NCBI RefSeq assembly: GCF_009914755.1
Contig: NC_060931.1
Reading direction: 5' to 3' (one strand)
Length of the DNA stretch: 64,000 bases
Source: the human T2T-CHM13v2.0 reference genome, Homo sapiens
Shown: one piece after another, positions 52,361-64,000 of the stretch
Layout of the letters: every line of letters begins with the position of its first letter
Numbering within the stretch: the first letter of the stretch is position 1
Position numbers and translations under genes: made by a program
Notes under the pieces: generated by a model
The model's database searches: none
The model's input: only the letters and a program-made list of their open reading frames with translations
Told to the model about the DNA's origin: nothing

Positions 52361-53269
52361 AAGAGCAGAGTGCACTCATCTCAGCTCCGATCTCTAACCA
52401 GTGCTGGCTTGTGAGAACCGGCTTGAAGAAGATTGATAGGTTGATGGTTGGGCTGGAGCGTAGAGTGGCTGGAGGCCCCGTCTACCTCTTTCAGAAAGCC
52501 ACGAAAACAGATAGGCAGGGGGCCAAGTCTATTGTTCCAAAGTTTCCACAGGCCTTGAACGGCCCTTGGGCTTTGCGGTCTGGTGATCAGAGCTGTAAAG
52601 GTTTCTAAACAATCAGAGGCCTTTGATATGGTTGCCAACACCCACATTTTCCATTCTGGGAACAATGCCATCAAGGGCCACAGCCTCAGTCCCCCACCTA
52701 AGTGAGGAAGTGTCTGCTGGTTGCTGGTAGGAGCAGGTCCTGTGAGGGCAAGGGTCAGAAGGACAGAGGAGTCTTCTTATCCTGGCTGCTTGCCTTTTCC
52801 CTCTGGTCACCTCACCCTTTTGCATGTTCAAAATCTATGCTCATCTTATCTAGCCCATTCCTCTTGGCTAAAGCCAGCACACATCCTGTTCCTCTCAATG
52901 GGAGAACTATCCGGGCAATTGCATTTAAAGGTTTTCTTGCATTGGTTCGGAATTTGCCCTGGCTCTGCCCTTATTTCCTGATCCCAGTGTAGTTTCTTTA
53001 TTCAGGTGTGCAAAAGAGTGAGCTATTTTGTTATGGAGGCAGAGAGAAACAACCTCAGGTTCCTCTAATAATGCCTTTAGAACTCTCTTCTGAATAACTG
53101 GGGCGTTAAATTCATCGACAAAATCCCTTTGGGAGATACACCATCTGGGGACCCCCTCAAAGGTAGATATCTGGGCTAATTTGACTGCTATTTTGCAGGA
53201 ATGCAGGTGGGCAAAAGATAGTTTCCACTAGGTCAGAATGTTTTTTCCACTTTCTGTTCTTTGTTATTT

Positions 53270-54350
<1,081 letters not shown>

Positions 54351-54559
54351 TCAGAGTCCTACTGCCAGTGGGTGTGAAAGCCAGAACCACCACCCTCATT
54401 GCCTTCTGTATACATAGCTTTAACAGTTTGCAAACACTCTTATATGCTTTAATTTCATCTGATCCTGGACTGAGAGCAAATATTTGTATTTCAACCAAAA
54501 GGCCAAATGCTCAGTTTCCTCATCTGAGAGGATAATAAGAGTACTTTTCTAATGGAATT

Positions 54560-55140
<581 letters not shown>

Positions 55141-55632
55141 GCAAATGGGATCAAAACATCAACTTTATCACTGATACATTTTATATAGGAGTCCATGGTT
55201 TACATTTGTGGGTAAGTGAATGCCAGAATTAGGCAGGGTACCCACGCAGGCTGGGGCATGCCCCCCAGTTGGAAACTGTCCCTGTAAACAGTGGAGCCTG
55301 GGAGAGCAGAGCCCAAAGCATGCTCTGGAGGAGGATGGCTGCCAAGAGGACAGAGATGGGCTGAGCTATGCATCTCCAGTTCCTCCCCAGCGTCTCCATT
55401 GAGAAGTTGCTCCTCTTCCTGTACCACCCTCTTCACCACCACCACCACCCTCCTGGGCAGGAATGAGTCAAAGAGCAGGGAGACAGGTCAGAAATCTCAT
55501 GCCAGAGAAGCTTCTTCCACATGGAAGGAAATGTAAGGGATGAGGAAGAATCTTTTTCCCTTCTAATAAATATACGTAAAGCACTTAGTACCTGGCACAA
55601 TAGTAAATGCTCAATAGAAGTTAGTGATTACA

Positions 55633-55973
<341 letters not shown>

Positions 55974-56207
55974 TTATTCATCATACCAGAGACTTCTGTA
56001 CCTCTATTGATGTGACTTCTCTAATCATGTCTGCTCTTATTAGATGTGTGACCTCGGGAATTTTATTGACCCTCTCTAAGCCTCAGTGTTCTCCTCTATA
56101 CAATGGCTACCATGATGGTACTTATAATTGGGAAGACTACATGATTTAGTGTAAAGGGCTTAGCCTGGATGCCTGGAACCTAGTGAATATTTAATAAATG
56201 GTGACTA

Positions 56208-56707
<500 letters not shown>

Positions 56708-57369
56708 TCATCTGGGTGTTTTCCCATCACTTTCCATAAAATGAGGAGAAACTCACAGTCTAGTGTTCACCTTGGGAAGATGGTGGTATTTTGGTATTTT
56801 TGAAGCTGTGAGGTCTTTGGGAAAGAATATTTAAGTGCTCTTTCATGTGTTGAACAAAAATGGCTTCAGCCAATCACAGAAGCTAAGAGCCACTGTCTGA
56901 ACTGCAGGAGGATGGATGCTGGATTTATCTCACCCACTGCTTTGTCTTCAGCACCTGGCACAACATGTGGTACATAGTACACATTTATAAAATATTTGTT
57001 GAATATGTAAGTGAATGGAGCAGGTGCCTCAACACACAGCAATGGTAAGATGCTGCCTAAGGGGATGTGGTCTCACTTTTTTTGTAGATCTAGGTAGGGC
57101 AAATCTATGGAATACGGAACTAGAGGCATTTGTATAATCGTTGACTGGTCTTCTTGGTGGAGGGTTGGAGGTGGACCACAGGTTGCTGAATAAGGAACCC
57201 ACAGAAATGTTGATTGCTGCTTTTTTTTTTCCCTTCAAAAGCCCCTCGATGCCTGTTATTTTGAATATGGGAGCTTGAGTTATTTATACTCTATTTCTCA
57301 TGCAAAGTGAGATAAGAAAAAATGAAAAATGTAATACCTTAACGATCAGGGTAAGTTATAGAAATAGCC

Positions 57370-58820
<1,451 letters not shown>

Positions 58821-58827
58821 GAAACAG

Positions 58828-59482
58828 TATATTAGTTTGCTGGGGCTGCCATAAGAAGCACCACACACTTGGTGGCTTAAACAACAGAAACTGGCTTCTG
58901 CACAGTTCCCGAGGTTTGATGTCCAAGGTCAAGGTGTGGCAGAGTTGGTTTCTTCTGATACCCATCTTCTCGGTATGTAGATGACTGCCTTCTCTCTGTG
59001 TCTTTACGTGGTCTTCTCTCTGTGCACGTATGTGTCCTCATCTCTTCTTATAAAGATACTAGTCAGCTCACACCTGGAATCCCAGCACTTTGGGAGGCTG
59101 AGGCAGGCAGATCACAAGTTCAAGAGATTGAGACCATCCTGCCCAACATGGCGTGAAACCCCGTCTCTACTAAAAATACAAAAATTAGCCGGGCGTGGTG
59201 GCGCATATCTGTAGTCCCAGATACTCAGGAGGCTGAGGCAGGAGAATCGCTTGAACCTAGGAGGTGGAGGTTGCAATGAGCAACAGAGCAAGACTCTATC
59301 TCAAAAAAAAAAAAAAAAAGACAGTAGTCATATTGGATTAGAGCCCACCATAGAGAGCTCATTTAACCTTCATTACCTCTTTGAAGATCCTATCTCCAAA
59401 TACAGTCACATTCTGAGATACTTCAATGTATTAATATGGGGAGGGGGGCAAGGGCAGGGAGGAGACACAGTTCAGCCTGAAA
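58828..59482 (-). mobile_element. MLT1 LTR interrupted by an Alu (59063-59320, +)
   Basis: 'tattagtttgctggggctgccataa...ggtggcttaaacaacagaaa...ctatctccaaatacagtcacattctgag'. Confidence 0.85.
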
Positions 59483-60140
59483 CAAACGTCAAAGAAATCT
59501 AAAACTGCATTCTATGGTGTAGTTGTAATATTGACATTGGTGTGTGTACAGTTTGAGTTTTAGCCCCAACTAAGGTCCCAGACACCATGGAGTGTCCCGG
59601 ATTCCCTTCCCAAATTCCTGACCCATAAAATTATGAGCAAAATTTAAAAGTTGCTTAAGCTACTGAGTTTTTGGATAATTTGTTATGCAACAATGGTAAG
59701 CAGTGCAGAAGCTTTTTTGCTCCCTTCCAAAAAAGGACCTTATTTGGGAACATGTTAAGGGAATCTGATACCACAGAAAAGTCAGAAGAAAATAAAAAAT
59801 ATCTAAAATGTGGAAATCTCTAGAGGACAAATGATCTGGCTTTTATAACAACAACAAGGTTGCAAGAAGGAAAAAGAAAGTGAATTTTTAGGTTAAAGAG
59901 ATGAGAGACATACCATACAAATGCAAATTCAACGTGTGGGCTTTATTTGGATCCTGATTCAGAAAACAAAAACAAAAATATTATTCATGAGACAGTTGGG
60001 AAAATTTGAATACTGACTGGATGTCTGTTCATATTTATGGTTTATTATTTTAGGTTTGAGAATGTTATTGTGGTTATTTTTTTTGTTTTGTTTTGTTTTT
60101 TTAAGAGTCCCTGTCTCTTTAAGAGTGCTTACTTAGTGTA

Positions 60141-60440
60141 GGCCAGGCACGGTGGCTCACGCCTGTAATCCCAGCACTTTGGGAGGCCAAGGCAGGCGGA
60201 TCACGAGGTCAGGAGTTTGAGACCATCCTGGCCAACAAAGTGAAACCCCGTCTCTACTAAAAATACAAAAATATCTGGGTGTGGTGGCACGTGCCTGTAA
60301 TCCGAGCTACTTGGGAGGCTGAGGCAGGAGAATCACTTGAACCAGGGAGTTGGAGGTGGAGTGAGCCAAGATTGCGCCACAGCACTCCAGCCTGGCAACA
60401 GAGAAAGACTCCGTCTCAAAAGAAGAAGAAGAAAAAAAGA
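60141..60440 (+). mobile_element. Alu (AluS-like)
   Basis: Alu dimer. Confidence 0.95.
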
Positions 60441-60828
60441 CTGCTTAGTGTTAAATTCCCAGGGTACAGAAATGTATCAGTCATGGTACTGCCTCCTTGA
60501 AGCCCATGGTCAGTAGTGAAGAAAGCATGTACACAGATGAATCATAAGGAGAAAAAGATGTTAAGTGCCACAAAAAGAAATAGGGAGTGTGCTTAGGACA
60601 AAGTTTCAACGAAGAGTTTATTTTTGCAGAATCCATTCCTACCCAACAATGACTTAGACACTGTCGTCAATATCTACACCTGAGCCTCCCAGAGGCTAGC
60701 ATGATATAGTTTGAACTTGTGTACAGAATATGACCTTAACCTACTTGAAAAACTCTGTGTTGTGATGGCTGCTGCTTTCCTGGCATTATAGAGGGGGGTT
60801 GACTTTATATATCTACCTAATGGCTGAT

Positions 60829-62140
<1,312 letters not shown>

Positions 62141-63022
62141 TCCCTTGTTATTCTCTTGAGCATCTCAAGATGAGAGTCATTGACTGAGGAATTGCTGGCC
62201 AGTACATTGCAGCAGGGAGGGGAGGGACTTCAAATAATGAAACATTTCACAAGATCCTCCAATTTCCACTTGCTAATTTTGATTTTGGGTTTATCTTGCA
62301 TTTCTTTTGCTTTTGTGGTTCAAAGCCTCCTCACTCTGGGCCCCAGCATCCACATTCTCTTTTGGGCAGATACTAATCCCTTTATTTATCATAATCTCCC
62401 ATATCTGAATGTACTCACCATTTTGTAGTCATCTGAGCTAGTCCAACTTGATACCTGAATTATTTTCTTTGGCTGGAGTACTTCAGAAAGCAGCATGAAG
62501 TTTTTGAAGTTTCTTTCTTTTATTGTTTTTCTTTCCAGTATGAGAAAACTCTTCTTCAACAAAGGACTATAATATTTTCTTTTCTGGTCAATATATTCAA
62601 CCTCATTTAACACCTTTGCATCCACCTAAGAAAAAGAAAATTTCTAGATTTTCAAAGAATTACACAAATGGTTTCTTAGAATATAAATTCCCTATAAAAC
62701 TGTGACATTGCTTTAATTCATGAAAATGTGTAACACGTTTCATGGTATTGATTTCTAAAATGCTTCTGGGCCTTAGAATGGATTTCAAGGTGCTAAAATC
62801 AATTATTGATAAGCTGCAAGTTGGTTTTGAAATTTATTGAAAATGTTCTTTTTGCCCCTTGTCTGTTCTCTGCCTGCCTATTCTCTGCTCTGTGTAGCTT
62901 CCTTGCTTCAACCCATCAGCCAGCAGTGGCTGAGTGCCCTCTGACCCTGTATTCTAGGTGCCATGGGGAATAGCAGGAAAGGAAAATGTACAATTCTATC
63001 TTCCAGATTAAAATGCAGATGC

Positions 63023-63325
63023 GGGTCAGGCACAGTGGCTATCACACCTGCAATCCCAGCACTTTGGGGGCCAAGGCAGGTGGATCACTTGAGGTCAGGA
63101 GTTCAAGACCAGCCTGGCCAACATGGTGAAACCCCATCTCTACAAAAAAATACAAAAATTAGCCAGACATGGTGGCAAGTGCCTGTAATCCTAGCCATTC
63201 GGGAGGCTGAGGCAGGAGAATCACTTGAACCCAGGAGGGGGAGGTTGCAGTGAGGTGAGATCCTGCCACTGTACTCCAGCCTGGGTGACAGAGTGAGACT
63301 CTGTCTCAAAAAAAAAAAAAAAAAA
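63023..63325 (+). mobile_element. Alu (AluS-like)
   Basis: Alu dimer; 'attaaaatgcagatg' TSD. Confidence 0.95.
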
Positions 63326-63414
63326 TTAAAATGCAGATGAGGAGATAAGGCTATCACAAGTGAGAGATTATGAAACAGTATAAGGTGGTATGTACAATGA
63401 TTACCATGATCTAA

Positions 63415-63950
<536 letters not shown>

Positions 63951-64000
63951 CCTACTAGTTTAATTGACTAGATAAACTGAACGATTTGTTTTCTTCATTC

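Overview
This is primate (human-like, hominoid) genomic DNA that is very repeat-rich. It holds about 60 Alu elements or fragments by manual count, plus MIR, L2, old L1, MaLR/ERV LTRs, hAT MITEs and one full-length solo LTR12 with a 4-bp TSD at 48803-50258. I found no conventional multi-domain protein-coding exon, and most ORF-track entries are Alu, LTR or microsatellite artefacts. The left third looks like the 3' end of a + strand gene I cannot name: a strong acceptor at 15021/15022, about 2.3 kb of Alu-free AU-rich 3' UTR, and tandem AATAAA plus a GU-rich element near 17360-17412. The window also has a 3'-truncated 5S rRNA pseudogene (5157-5243) and a 3'-truncated 7SL pseudogene (about 20756-20972). 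The most notable observation is that three segments bounded by canonical GT-AG sites (5099-5283, 8047-8130, 17449-17590) join in frame into a 136-aa ORF with a signal-peptide-like N-terminus. It is built from an antisense L2 fragment, the 5S pseudogene, a MIR and unique sequence just past the main poly(A) site, making it a candidate de novo, repeat-derived gene or isoform. Transcription and translation cannot be shown from sequence alone. The rest of the window looks intergenic, with several candidate regulatory elements. Repeat coordinates and subfamily calls are by eye and approximate.
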